DNA from: Hydrolagus colliei
Taxonomy: Eukaryota
Assembly: GCA_035084275.1 (NCBI GenBank)
Contig: CM068747.1
Location: 26,660,001 to 26,724,000 of the forward strand
Length of the DNA stretch: 64,000 nt
Reading direction: 5' to 3'
Part shown: positions 1 through 13,211 of the stretch, piece by piece
Numbering within the stretch: the stretch's first letter is position 1
How the letters are laid out: every line of letters begins with the position of its first letter
Notes under the pieces: generated by a model
The model's database searches: none
Seen by the model: only the letters and a program-made list of their open reading frames with translations
What the model was told of the DNA's origin: nothing
Position numbers and translations under genes: made by a program

Positions 1-375
1 TTGGCACTGATGCTATTCAGTGGCAATTAGACACCACGATATGAGGTACCCTGTGAGTGATGCGGAATGATTTCTAAGTCACTGGGTGGGGAAGGGGAGA
101 CACTGAGATGTCCTTTGATGTGGCAGGAATAGAAACATTACTATTTTTTGAGAGTATGATGGAGGCACTGCAGATAACATAATTTTTCTCATTATCATTT
201 TAAGGCCAGAAAATACAGACACTCAATTTTCACAATAGATTTTGTAAGGCTTCGAATGCTTCGAAACCGAGATTGTACCTCCAGTTTAGGTGGAAAGAAG
301 CATTTTCCTGAAGGTTTGCCTTGACTTGCATTATTACAGACTAATCGTTTAACACCAATAATAATCCTTGCAATA

Positions 376-519
376 AAACAACAAAATGACACTTGTATAG
401 CGCCTTTCACGTCAGGAGGACGTCCCAAGGCGCTGGACAGTCACTGCTTCAGAGCCGAGCTGAGAACGTGGATATGGTGGGGGTGAAGGGGGGGGGGGGT
501 TTAGGAGTTGGATTAAACC
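376..519 (-). mobile_element. L2 LINE 3' end fragment
   Basis: Reverse complement of the L2 tail cagcgccttgggacgtcctcctgacgtgaaaggcgctatacaagt plus (ttg)n, the tail also seen on the long L2 at 25750-25786. Confidence 0.8.
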
Positions 520-1486
520 ACACTTCAATTTGCCCTCCATATATATATTTTTTTTGCCAAACACGCAATAGGGAGTGTGGAAGAGGATTAGACTTGCAAA
601 CAGTGAATAAGGTGAGCCAGTGATTTTGCTGTGTTGTTTTCACATCACAACATTTAAAGGAATTACAGTACCATGGGGCCATGGGGACACAAACACCACC
701 ACAAATTGAGCGTGTGCTCTTGATTTAAAGGACAGCACTCCAGCCAGTTATCTGACGATCACAACAAGATTCAGGAGTATATTAAAATCAGTCAGGAGTT
801 CTTTGCAAACCACAAATGCTTTTATTTGAATGCAATGTCACCAAAGCAACAGGTGGGAAGGTCAGCAGGAACAATCCATCTGACCACCCTGTACTAATTC
901 ACACTGTGGACATTTGATTGCATTAAATGGTGATGGAAGCAAAGGCTAAAATATTATCTTTGTAATTATAGGTAATCTAATATCTTAGCCACCATGGATT
1001 GATTGTTCTCTTCCACCCCCCACCACCCATAGTGAGAATGTGGGTGTAACTGTGTGTCTGTGTCTCTTGCTCTGTAGCCGTAGCTTTTCCATTGTCCTAT
1101 GCAATTGGAAATGCTTGCCATTGATGAACAATGCCAGTGGTTCTGAATGCCCCCAAATAACCCTTACTTGGGTAATCTCTCATTGCCTCCAATTGCTGTT
1201 TCATAAGCAAGGTGGGGGCGGCCCATCACTTTCTTATCAAATTTCTGTCTCCAAACGTGAACGCACAAAAGAAAACCAATGCAAAGGGAGCACTTTTCTT
1301 CCCTTGGGATTCGTTTCCAACCAAAAGCTTTCTGCTTGGAGAAATCCTGTTTCCGTGGTACTTTGCTGGTAGGAACAAAGGATTAAACTCTGCAATTCCA
1401 TTTCATTAGCATTTGGGGACTGAAGGCAAGCAAACACACTTAGAACCATTTGGACCATTTGTCGAACCATCTGTAAAGTTCTTCTC

Positions 1487-1662
1487 AATAATAATTCCTT
1501 GCATTTGATATAGCACTTCATCATAATGTCAAAGTCCCAAAGTGCTTACGAAAATTCATATTGTAAATGTTAGATCCTCGATGTTACCCTTAATGGAGTG
1601 CTATAATGTAAGTATCGTCCTGGCGTGATAGGCGCTCTATAAATGTAACGTTGTTGTTGTTC
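1487..1662. mobile_element. SINE tail remnant (-) next to an L2 tail remnant (+)
   Basis: aataataattccttgcatttgatatagcac at about 1487 and gtgataggcgctctataaatgtaacgttgttgttg at about 1625-1660. Confidence 0.6.
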
Positions 1663-2907
1663 TTGGTGGATATTTATAGGTGACAGCAGCAGCCAATTTG
1701 TGCATATTATAGTACCACATATGACTGTTTTGACACACATAAGCATGTTTTTATTTTGCAACTCAGAGCTGACAAAGCATACACTTTGTGTGTGTGTGTG
1801 TGTCTTTGTGTGTGTGTTCTGATTTACTTTGACACTCGAGTGGTTTGTTAAGCCACCCCATTGAAGCTGTTTGATTGTTTCTTGTAACGTGCTTAACAAT
1901 ATAACCTAGTGAATTTTTTTTAAATTCTCAATTTTGAAGTTATGTTCCAACATTTAAATGAGTTTAGGTGTTCACTAGAATTGAAATGAAAGATCTTTTA
2001 CATAAACGCAGCAGTGTTTGGGAGTTGCTTAATCGACCACTAAAGAAATTCAGTACGAGTTTGTGAGAGATGCATTTTGAAGGTTTACTCACGAGATCAT
2101 AATACATAGGCAAAAGCTGTCGGAAATGATTAAACCTGGCTGCATCTGGATTGAAGTAGGGAAATGTCATGGGTTCAATACAATAAAGATGTGAAGATTT
2201 ATACATTTGATGTGTTCCCAAAGCTTTGCTCACACATGAAAGTATTTCTCCTTCGATTATGGGGATATATGTTACCTGTGGTACATGTGGAACCAGATGA
2301 TTAAGTTTCGATGGATATACATGCACATACCTACAAACTGATTTCTACTTCACTCGTGGAGCAATATAGAGACTTGAAGATAAAGCCCATGGAATGATGT
2401 GCCATTGCTTCAGTGGTAGTTCCAGCCAGGACACAATCTGATTATCACTAGTTCCCTACTTTACAAGTCTTTGAGATGTGTGCGTGTATACGTGTATTTC
2501 TTGAGTAAGTGATTGAAATACTTGTCCTAAAATCACCGATGTACGAGTTATGATGGGTCTGGTTTTGGTTATGATTCCTGTAGACTAGTCTCGGTGGTGA
2601 AGCAAAAAGCCAATAAAAAATAATAGCTAATGCTCTTGATCTCTATGCATACTGTTTGCAGTAAAGTGTAAATATCTGAAGAGTTTGAAGTTGTGTCCCA
2701 CCTCCCATGGTCAGATGGGTCTAAGAAGAGTTTTAGATGAAGAGCCTTCAGCCCATTTGATCCCATACTTTCAAAATACTCTTATTAGCATTGCAAAACG
2801 TCCATCTTTCTTTAGTGAGGCCAGCACTCACTGTTACGAGAGACATAAATATTAGCCACTTGGGCATCCTAATCCTAATTAGATTAGAAACCCTGGTTGA
2901 AAGTAAC

Positions 2908-3219
2908 AATAATAATAATCCTTGCATTTGATATAGCACTTTCCACATCTTCTAGATGTCTCAAAGCGCTTCACAGAATATGCTGTATAGTGAATTGACT
3001 TTACATTTGTGGGCGAAACGCAGCAGCCATTTTGCGCACAACAGAGTCCCACAAACATTCGTGAATTGCATGACCAAATTATTATTGTTTTCTTATTGGA
3101 GGGATTATTATTAGGTGTGTGGGGTAAGGAAATTTGCCCAAGGTTTCACCCTGCCGAGAATTGAACCCAGGTCTCTCATTTGTAAGGCGAGTGCTCTAAC
3201 CAGGGAGCTACAGGACTCC
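2908..3219 (-). mobile_element. tRNA-derived SINE with L2-type tail (DeuSINE-like core)
   Basis: Full head-body-tail: A-box-like head, core gctgtgcgcaaaatggctgc, tail gaagcgctttgaga...atatcaaatgcaaggattatt. Confidence 0.85.
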
Positions 3220-4759
3220 ACAAATAGGTGGGAAAAGAGTGTTACATTATCATAGAATCGTGTATTGGTATTTTCCTGGGTACGGCATGAAGACTTGGAG
3301 AAAGATTTGAAGCTTGTTAAAGAGATTGTTTGAAATAGTTTAATTATCAATCGCATCCATTTGGCGATTACAGACATGGAAATCTTCATTGTTCAAATGT
3401 AGTGAAATAATATTTCTTCGGTAGAATATTATTCAGCAAATTAAAGTGGAACAATGTAAGGCACAGGACTCAGATTTATTTTTGCAAGTGCTTGTCTCCA
3501 GGGTTGAGATGACAATATAGACTTGAGCGACTGGAGCTGGAATAGCTGGTGTTGTTATCTGAATCCAGAGTCTTGGCAGTTATCAAATACTCAGTCATCT
3601 GGTATTATTTAGAATAAGTGGTGGATAGTGATTTTTTTTCATTTAATATGGGGCTTTTTTTGTTGGCATCAATCAGCTGATATTTTTTGCGTGGGTATGG
3701 ACAAGCTCAAAAGATGAAACATTACATGGTGAAATCGATGTAAAAGTTTCCAGTGAATACGTATATTAACTTGCATTCGCAAAAGGCCGTTTGATGCATT
3801 GCACCCGAACATTGACTACCACACACTTCCTACTCCACCCTCTGCGAAAGAATACACAAAACATCTTGCTCTCGCTTCCACTTTGTTTTCATTCAATAAC
3901 TACTGTACTTTCAACACAGTGCCTGCGGTGGGGGGTGAGAGGGAGAAAAGATACCAGTGATTGAATGTTTGTGTGCATGTGTGCGGGGCTGGCCTCCTAC
4001 TAAAAAGCAAGAAAATATGACTCTTTGAGTGGCCCTTGATTGAGGTATTCATTCCTTGTTTTACATCTGACCTTTGTTCCAATTAAGAAGCTTTAGTTTT
4101 CTGGATTCTTCACTATTTTAAACAGAGTGCGGTGGAATTTGGGCTTTGATCCACTCTGTTTGGCAGTAGCATCTGAAAGTTCTTAAGGATCCTTACTCCA
4201 GGTTCACTGCTTTGGTATTACTCAGAATTAATGGCCCACTTTTAATAAATAACTAGAAAAGTCCTTCTCCTGGTTGGCCATCGGATCGAATAAGTGGGAT
4301 TATACTGATGTGATTCAGCATCTCGTTCTCATTATGCTCTACCATTTAAAAAAAAAAAAAAAAAAATTACTTTGTTTTTAGAAGAAAAATCATCGTGGCA
4401 ATCATTGTTTTCTTGCAGTTGAGAAGCACTTTCACTGTTACGTGCTCCCTTAAATTCTCATGGGTCGTAAACAAAAAGAATTGGAGCAAATAACATATTC
4501 CAATAAATATTCTCAAGCAAGTTTATTCTGTCGTTTACGGTGGTTACACTCGCCTGTGTGTGCCTTTTAACTGCTCTGCCAATTCCACATTCCAACCACT
4601 CAACACCAACCATGATAATGACCGGAAGTTTCCTCTTATTTAGAGGTGTGTATATTATACATTTTTCTATATTACAGATCAGTTAGCAGTTCACCCATTC
4701 TCCCCCACACATAGGAATGCAACAGGTCACTGAAAGCTGTACACTCTGTGATGTCATTC

Positions 4760-5082
4760 ATAATAATGATAATAATCCTTGCATTTGATATAGTGTTTTT
4801 CACATCTTATCGACGTCTCAAAGCGCTTCACAGAATATACTGTAAAGTGAATTGACAGTATATTTGTGGGTGAAACATGGCAGCCAATTGCGCACAGCGG
4901 CGTCCCACAAACAGTCATGGATTGAAATGACCAATTTTTAAAATTTTTTGGGTTGGAGGGATTATTATTAGGCGTGTGGAATAACAAAACTTGCCCATGG
5001 TTTCGCCTTGACTTGACTAGATTCGAACACAGGTCTCACGCTTGCAAGGTGAGTGCTCTAACCACTGAGTTACAGGAGCTCC
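4760..5082 (-). mobile_element. tRNA-derived SINE, full length
   Basis: Same family. Head ggagctcctgtaactcagtggttagagcactcaccttgcaagcgtgagacctgtgttcgaat on the minus strand. Confidence 0.9.
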
Positions 5083-5604
5083 ACGTGTCAGGGTTGAGGG
5101 GAAGGGGGGAGGAAAATATGGACTTACAATACTCATCATCACAAATCCAATTCTCAGCAACTATCTGAAAAATGTCATCGTAGAACTGAACTGTTGGTTA
5201 TCAGGGCCACTGAGTGTGAAGACTTGCAGGGATAATTAACAGTAGCGAAAGCCAATGAGGTTCTGTAAAGGTGGTAGTTTGACCTCGAGTGCAACAAAAC
5301 TATGACAAACAATAGCCAGCCAAGGGAGAAATCCAAAAAGGTGCTTCAAAATGAAATTTGATCTGTTATTCAGCGGATTCCGCCTATCTTGTGACTATCT
5401 TGCCTTCGCTGGAACTTGAATGTGTGTTATTTTGATCTGATCTACACAAGCAAAGCCCTGATGGTGCCAGGGAAATGGGAAGAATTGGGACCACAGCTTA
5501 TGAACAACTCAGAAGAAACTACGAAGCTTCAATCTTTCGCCAACACCATTCATCAAGTTGATTACCCCCAAAATAGATTCCTTCGAATGGGGAATGAGAA
5601 TCTT

Positions 5605-5655
5605 GTGTGTGTGTGTGTGTATATGTATATATATCTATATATATATATATATATT
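5605..5655. repeat. (TG)n(TA)n compound microsatellite
   Basis: tgtgtgtgtgtgtgtgtatatgtatatatatctatatatatatatatatattata. Confidence 0.9.
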
Positions 5656-6242
5656 ATAAAAGGTCTCTTTTCAACAACAACAAGTTGTATTTGTATAGCA
5701 CCCTTCAAGCAGGGTGAAGCTCTTTGAGACATCTAGAAGACATGAAATGTGCTGTATCAAGAGAGGAGGTGACTGTAAACACGATTAAAAAGGAATGTCT
5801 TTGGGCTGCATTTAATGATGGGGAGCTAAGGGGTAAGGCGGAGGGATTGAGAGAGAGAGAGTGTGCCAGAGGTTTTAAAACTTGGTTGTTCACAATTCAT
5901 CCGTCAAACACTGGGGTTCATCTCAATTGCTCCCCTCTGTCTCTTGTTGCTAAGAAGCCCCTCACTGAAATCAGTGACCACAAGTGTAACAGAGGCACTC
6001 CACAGTCAGCCAGATCAGAGCAAAAGTACAGCTTGCGAATGATTTTAGGGAATCTGAACAGATTTGACAATCCAGTCCAGCATCCTGTTTATAATTTTAC
6101 GATTTCTACTATTTGGCAGTTAACATGACACTAAAATGTGAGGCTCGATGGTTTGCTATTTAATATGACTGGTTGAAAAACTACCGGACATCGAGTCTAA
6201 TAAGCAGAGCCAATGCAGTCTGGTTCTCGGAATATAATGTGA

Positions 6243-6412
6243 CAATAATCCTTGCATTTGACATAGTGCTTTTCACATCTTCTGGACGTCTCAAAGCGCT
6301 TCCCAGAGTACACTGTAAAGCGAATTGACTGTTGCGCATAACAGTTATTCTGTGAAGTGCTTTGAGACATCGATAAATTGTGAAAAGCGCAATATCAAAA
6401 GCTAGGATTATT
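6243..6412. mobile_element. Two SINE 3' tails in opposite orientation
   Basis: Minus-strand tail at 6243-6332 and plus-strand tail at about 6340-6412. Confidence 0.75.
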
Positions 6413-7285
6413 ACAGCTGTGGATCGACGTGGCCAAATTATGATTGTAGTTTTTATGTGGTACATATTACAGTAACAACATGTTTTAGTAAAAATACAGT
6501 ATTATAGTATCATTGTATTGTAATTACCTTCATTTATTTGGCTCTCGATTTAAAAAAAAAAACTGATTGAATCTTGCTATTGTATAACAAAATACATTCA
6601 TCATTGCTCAGCATTCAATTGTTTTTCTCTTTCTGGATTTCTCGTTGTTTCTGTCCCTCTTGTTTCCATGTTGCAAATGCTCGTTCCTATTGTTGAGTCT
6701 GTTTCTCCTCTGTTCTCGTTATTTACAATGCTAATTTATACCCTGCGCTGTAAAATGTAACAATATTTTTCCCTCTCTTTCAGTGGATCCCACACCTTTC
6801 GTGATTTACAGCTTATTGTTTGGTCTAGTACCTCTTTCTGTTTTGCTCCAGACATTGTTCTGCCTCCAGCTGCCTAATCTCTGTATTTTCCCATATTTTA
6901 AACAAATGGACCTTCTGTGATTTACAATGAACGTGAAACTCAGCACAAGACCCTGCATTTGCTGGGGGTTTGATCTTATTGTTCCTTTTTGGCCAAATAA
7001 CTTACAAGTTTGCCATTTTTGCTGAACATAACATAAACTGACATGTCTTCAGTTAGGAATTCCACTTCTCTTGAGATTACATTCCAAAAGTGATTATCTC
7101 TGAAATCAACAATCTGATATCTTTGAAGTCACTCCAATGATGGGGGTGTCGGACATTCACTTGGTTTGAAGGATAGAGTGAACCCAAGGTTGTGGCCCCA
7201 TGTTTGCTGATATATTGGCCATGTGTTTACTGCTGTTGTCAAGCAGAAAATCCTGGAATCACTGACCTAAATTGCTTATTGGGAA

Positions 7286-7603
7286 TAAAATAATAATAAT
7301 AATAATCCTTGCATTTGACCGAGCAAATTTCACATCTTCTAGACGCGAAGCGTCTCAAAGCGCTTCAAAGAATGCACTGCAAAGTGAAGACTGTATATTT
7401 GTGGGAGAAACGCGGCAGCCAATTGCGCACAGCAGCATCCCACAAACAATCGTGGATTGAAATGACCGATTTATTGTAGGATTTTTTTGGAGGGATTATT
7501 ATCAAGCGTGTGGAGTAAGGAAACTTGCCCAAGGTTTCGCCCTGATCTGCCTGGATTCGAACACAGGTCTCACCTTGTAAAGTGAGTGATCCAACCTCTG
7601 AGC
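7286..7603 (-). mobile_element. tRNA-derived SINE
   Basis: (aat)n tail, conserved core, B-box-bearing head. Confidence 0.85.
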
Positions 7604-7789
7604 ATACTTATCCTGCAGGATTGCTGTATTCGACACTCAACCAGTGTCATTTGTCACATGAGTTTCCAAAGGGCACTCGGTACCTGTGTAATTGTAACTC
7701 CAGTCGCAAGAGAAAAGACTCGAAATGACTTCAGGAAAGGAAGAAAACTGATAACCAATATAATTCGGTCAGAGCGAGGAAATCATTGC

Positions 7790-7998
7790 CAATAATAATC
7801 CCTCCAAAACAAAAAACAGAATAATAAAATTGGTCATTTCAATCCACAACTGCTCGTTGGACACTGCTGTGCGCAATTGGCTGCCGTGTTTCGCCCACAA
7901 ATATACAGTCAATTCACTTTCCAGTATATTCTGTGAAGCGCTTTGAGACGTCTGTCTAGAAGATACGAAAACTGCTATATCAAATGCAAATTTTATTA
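7790..7998 (+). mobile_element. Headless SINE (body and tail)
   Basis: aataataatccctcc...ggtcatttcaatccac...gaagcgctttgagacgtc...atatcaaatgcaa. Confidence 0.85.
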
Positions 7999-8419
7999 TA
8001 TGTATACAGTATATTGCAAATTTCACAGTCTTTAAGATGGTTGGAAACTGGAAGCTGTGCTACAATGACTGCACGGCCGTGAAGTCCTTCTGAGCGACTC
8101 CAAATATATTGTTTTATTGATTTGGAACACTGCGAGTTCAGGCTGTCAGTGAGTTGTCTGGAATGTGCTGCTTGAAAACATTTTCTTTGGTGCAGCTACA
8201 AATTGTTGTGATGATGGTAAATGGATATCAGCTGTAGAATCTGCGGTGTGGTTGGTACAAGCGATCACTCACAGAGCGAAGGCAGGAACAGGTTTTCGCT
8301 TAAACTGTCACATCTGCTTTCTGGAGCATGCAAAATTCCTGCCCGTATTATAACAGTGGCCACGGCTAGAGATAGGCGGCAACCTTCAGATGTTGGAAAT
8401 CGGCAATCAGCTACAAAGC

Positions 8420-8500
8420 AATAGTGGAAATTTTCAGTGGGGAGTCAGCATCTGAACAACACATTAGCATTGCGCTCTGACCTTTCATCAGAACTAATGT
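8420..8500 (-). mobile_element. Penelope-like pLTR end remnant
   Basis: Minus strand reads agttctgatgaaaggtca...cagatgctgactccccactgaaaatttcc, resembling the pLTR end at 33884-33985. Confidence 0.45.
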
Positions 8501-8522
8501 TGAATTTGCTATAGGTTTCCAG

Positions 8523-8815
8523 CAACACAACAGCAATAAACTTACATTTGTATAGCGCCTTTCACGTCAGGAGGATGTCCCAAAGCGCTGGACAGTCACT
8601 GCTTCAGACCCGAGCTGGGGACAGTGTGGTTGGGGAGGGAATTGGGGGATTAGGAGTTGCCGATGGGTCCTTTGAAGAGGTGAGTCTTGAGGCGAGACTT
8701 GAAGGAGGCCAGGGATGGAGTTCCAGAGGTTGGGGGCAGAGTGGCTGGAGGCTCGTCCGCCTATGGTGGGTCTGGGGACGTGGAGCAGGCCAGAGCCATA
8801 GCAGGACATGTGCCC
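8523..8815 (-). mobile_element. L2 LINE 3' fragment
   Basis: L2 tail plus C-terminal peptide GSGLLHVPRPTIGGRASSHSAPNLWNSIP, homologous to the L2 at 25490-25600. Confidence 0.9.
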
Positions 8816-9103
8816 AATAATGGCCCAGGCACACGTGATAGTGAATGGGGGTCACATAGTTAATATCTGGTTCATTTTGGAGATCTGCAGATTTCCGTGT
8901 GGGAAGAATGACAAATCCCATTCTTGAAACTAAAGTGGGCGCTTTGAAAAGCAATGAATGAAGGGTGTAAGGATCACCAATTCATTGTCAGGCAGCACGT
9001 CTCACACACCATCATAAGCAGTGAGTAAACCCAGCAAAAATGGGCTGTCTGGAGGAGCACTTCGAAAGAAAACATAGCATAAACCGATGATGACAATAAT
9101 ATT

Positions 9104-9420
9104 GGAGTCTTACAGCTCAGTGGTTAGAGCACTGGCCTTACAAGCGTGAGACCTGTGTTCGAATCCAGGCAGGTCAGGGCGAAACCTTGGGCAAGTTTCC
9201 TTACTCCACACACCTAATAATAATCCCTCCAAATAAACCATAATAATAAAATTTTGTCATTTCAATCCACGACTGTTTGTGGGGACGCTGCTGTGTGCAG
9301 TTGGCTGCCGCGTTTCTCTCACAAATATACAGTCAATTCACTTCACAGTATATTCTATGAAGTCCTTTGAGACGTCTAAAAGACGTGAGAAGCGCTATAT
9401 CAAAATGCAAGTATAATTAT
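9104..9420 (+). mobile_element. tRNA-derived SINE, full length
   Basis: A box cagctcagtgg, B box gttcgaatcc, core and L2-type tail. Confidence 0.9.
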
Positions 9421-10099
9421 GGCAGCTTGCACTTTCACACAAGAACAGATTTCAAAGGATTTTCAGAAATGGGGTGGGAGCTGAGCAGGGTGGAAATTAG
9501 GGAGGGTAGGAGTGAGGTGACTGAGGGCAAAGTTTTTATAAAACAAAAGTATGTTTTCGTTGGATTTTCAAAAGTTTAGACTTTGATCAAGGTCTGGCTT
9601 CCAGTTTTAAAGACACATCATCATTAGACATTGCAGTAAAATGCTATGAATTGCTTTCCCTGTGTGAAGGGCACCGTATCAAATGCCAGGATCCTTATTA
9701 TTAAGAGCAGTGGCACATGAGATTAAGAAATTAAAACTCAATAACTGTTCAAAGGGATAATAAATAGGCCATTAGTGGATTGCTGTTGGCAAGATCCAGT
9801 GGCCGATTTTAGAATACGAGACCTGCAATTTACATTTAAACATTTAATCAAATGTCGTCGCTCTTCATTTCCTTTGATAGATTTTCTTTTCTTCCACCTC
9901 TCGCTTTTTCTGTTGTTCCCAAGCTTCAAGTGACTGTTCATGCTGCTCTCATTCACTCACTCATTTACTTGAGCTTCTTTGATTCTAATTGATTGCTATT
10001 TGAAACCGGAGATCTGGATTTGCACTGAGAGGCACAATTGCATTATATTGGTTATTTCTTTGTTTGCGAAGACTGAGAGGATTGCAAAGCAATGGGACC

Positions 10100-10485
10100 T
10101 CTCTTTTTTTAAAAAAAAGAAACACCCCAGTCAGCTCTCCACCACCTCTGTGTTTCCACCGCAAGTGATTGCAGAAGTTGTAAGCTTGATCTGTGCAGAC
10201 TATCTTCACACAAAGGAGGAGAAATCGATTCATGTGGACAAAACACAGCTGAATTAGTTTCAAACCGAGCCAATTGAGAGAATCCTCAACGCATGTCCCT
10301 GAGCCTAAAGCGGCTTCAAACAAACGGCTTCTTTCAAAAAGAAGTATTTCTCCTCGGGCAGATTTTGTTTTTGTTTGAAAAGAAACCCCCCTAAAATAAT
10401 TTGAGCTTCGGATAAGGTGCAAAGTCCTCCAAACAACCCTTATGTCGAGATTTCTCTTCTCTCTTGTGGGCTGGAAGGGAAGGCG
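10100..10485 (+). other. Candidate upstream non-coding exon or first exon of MYLK (5' edge unknown)
   Basis: Strong donor gcg|gtgagt at 10485/10486 within a TE-poor, mildly CpG-enriched stretch. Inference only. Confidence 0.3.
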
Positions 10486-11129
10486 GTGAGTTAATTCCCA
10501 CGTCTTTCGATCGCTTTAAGAAGCAACCGTCTTTCGCTTCTTGTGACCGGATTAGCTCTTTTGCAGTTTGATTGACAGTCGGCTCAGGGAGACCGTGGAG
10601 ATTGACAAATGGCGTTCAGACTGGTACGCTGTCAGATCTCAGTATTCCTATTTCACGTAACCAGAGAAGCGCGCAACTGGTCTGTTGCAAAGCTTCAAAG
10701 GAAATGCATGTTTCCGGGTTTCCTCTCCCTCAATACCCCATTGTCTTTCCGCGGCATTTGTCTTGGCCAGTCAATAGATCAGAGGCAGCCTCGAGAAAGC
10801 AAATTGAGATGCATTTCAATGAGGCATAGCTTGACTCTCGGACAGTCGGATTCTGTAGATAAAGCTACAATTCAGAAAGAACTAACCTATGACACTACCT
10901 CTTTGCAGATGACTGGCGAAGTGATTTATTTAGCTATGCCTTTCCCGTTAATCGTATAGCCATGAAGAGAGCTTCTGAAGCACATGTTGCTTCTTCCAGA
11001 AAGCAACAAGCTTAAATTGGATCTCATGCAGTCTGAATAACAGCGTGTTTCTCAAAGTGCTCTCAATTCACTCGTAAATCAATGAACCGCTAGCCCTTTG
11101 GGCCACCATAGGCATTGTATCTTTAAGTG

Positions 11130-11340
11130 CTTGCGCTCGGTCGAGTCCCGCCTCAAGGCCCTCCTCTTCGATGGTCCCATTGGTCACCCCAAATCCCCCC
11201 TTCCTTTCCCTCCACCCTCCCCGTTCCCTGACCCCAGCACGGGTCTGAGACACCGATAGCGGCGCTGTTTGAATGGTGTAGTGTCCCAGAGCTTGCTCAC
11301 CGAATGGTGATGTGGACGTCAGCCAAGATTGTGAACTCAT
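11130..11340 (+). mobile_element. Old L2 3' remnant
   Basis: ctcaaggccctcctcttcgat resembles L2 ctcaagaccttcctctttgac, followed by C-rich 3' sequence. Confidence 0.4.
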
Positions 11341-11744
11341 CCGCAAGTTTCCAATGGACGGTTTATGCGCCCACATAGATGGCATGATGCGCTGCATAAG
11401 CGTATCCTGAAAACAGTTCAACTTTCAACGGTGTAAAGGAAAAAAATAATGGTGTATATTCCTGGATGTACGATTTTTGTCAGTGTAGCTTTCAGCGGCT
11501 GATCATAAAAAAAAGAAACCATCTGAACCAAATGTACCCCCGACCTTGAACATAATTTCGACTTTTACTGTTGCTCACAGGACACAAAAGCCTCGAATTA
11601 ACAGCAGGGAAAGCCACTGAAGACTATTATAAACCATGTGTTTTCCTGTGATTTTTCTCAATTTTCCACAAAAAGGAAATCAGATTATTAAACAGCATGT
11701 TGCTGCTTTGCACCACTTTTTGTTGACGTGTGTGTATGTGTGCG

Positions 11745-11830
11745 TCTGAAACAATGACTGTCCAGCGCCTTGGGACATCCTCCTGAAGTGAAAGGCGCGA
11801 TACAAGTGTAATTTTGTTGTTGTTGTTATG
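11745..11830 (+). mobile_element. L2 3' tail
   Basis: cagcgccttgggacatcctcctgaagtgaaaggcgcgatacaagtgtaattttgttgttgttg. Confidence 0.85.
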
Positions 11831-11996
11831 TGTACCTATGTCAACAATGCACTTAGTGTAGAATTTTTCCAGTGAGTATGACCCAGGGCATTGTGTTCCA
11901 CACACAGACACTATATTGCCGACCTGCCACTCTCCGGAAATTGGCGACAGGACCTGTCTTTCTTCTTCTGCAATTTGTTTCCGACGTGCCTCGCAG

Positions 11997-12080
11997 GCAA
12001 TCTCCAGTAACGCCAGTCTGTTGGTGACTCTGCACTCCAAACAGCAAAACAGACGAGGGCACGGCCGAAGCCTAATTCAG
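11997..12080 (+). other. Candidate 84-nt non-coding 5' UTR exon of MYLK
   Basis: Long pyrimidine tract ending cctcgcag| at 11996, donor attcag|gtaaag at 12080, no ATG inside. Confidence 0.4.
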
Positions 12081-13211
12081 GTAAAGCTCCTTTGTTCGAC
12101 AACCGCTCTTTCCGAGGCTACTTTGGGTCACTACAATTGGTATCAGTCTGTCATGGGTTTGGCTTGGCTCGGCTCAGCTAAATTTGCTAACTGTGAACCC
12201 TGTTAGAAGATGCACCTGTGTGAACTCATTACTCTAGAGATATGATTACCTTGTAAATGTGCACTTACAATCACTTGAGTTGCCAGAATATTGAATGAAA
12301 GTGTTCAGCTCGTAAAATGCATTGCCAAAATCGATTCAGTGGCACAGTGTTAAAGTTCATAAGGTGTGCCTTGATGTACAAACAATTTTAGCAGAGAATC
12401 TCTTGATGTGACCGACTAAACAAAGATGGAGATCTTTGTTGAATACAGGAGCCATTGAGAAACTAATGTCTAGTAACTGAAACGAAGCCTGTTTGATGTT
12501 GAGGAAGGGAGGAGAGGTGCTCAGGAGATGATCATCTCAAATAAATCTGCTCAGAATTGAACCATGGCTCCAGGAAATCAGATACGACGCATCTACTGGC
12601 TGATTAGCACCTCGGAAAGTCATCCCAACATGAAGGGCGCTGTACAAATTTGTTCCTGGTGATCCAAGATTGAGGCCAGCACCGATCGTTCATTTCAGTT
12701 CATAGCTTCACTTATTTGTTCGTTAGTTCCCGTGAAATTAATAGGGAATGAGTACAAACAAACATCACCTGGGGAAAATTGGCTGCAGTGAAAAGCATCC
12801 AGATGGTAGGACAGAATATTGTACACTTTGGGTCTCCAATATCTGCCGTGTTACTGTAACTCAATGCAATACCTATCAAGAGCCACATAAAAGTGTAGAA
12901 ACTGCTGTTAACATCTGTACTAGCTGGAGGCTTGGTTGGGCTTGCGTAAAAGCTTCCTGCTTTTCACTACCTCATTTGTTATAGTACATTAAAGATGCAT
13001 GTTTTTTTTTTTGGCACAATCCTTAGAGTTGTCTTATTGGAATGGCATCCTGGTTTATTTGTTTATCAGCAGTTTATTTGTTTTAGGCTGGTCCAGAGTA
13101 ATGTAACTACTGCCGTGGGAGTCAGCATATTCAATAATTGTATATGCCACACCATTCAGGGGCACACACACAACTGCCACAGTCTCCGTCCTTCCTTAGG
13201 TCACATATTCA

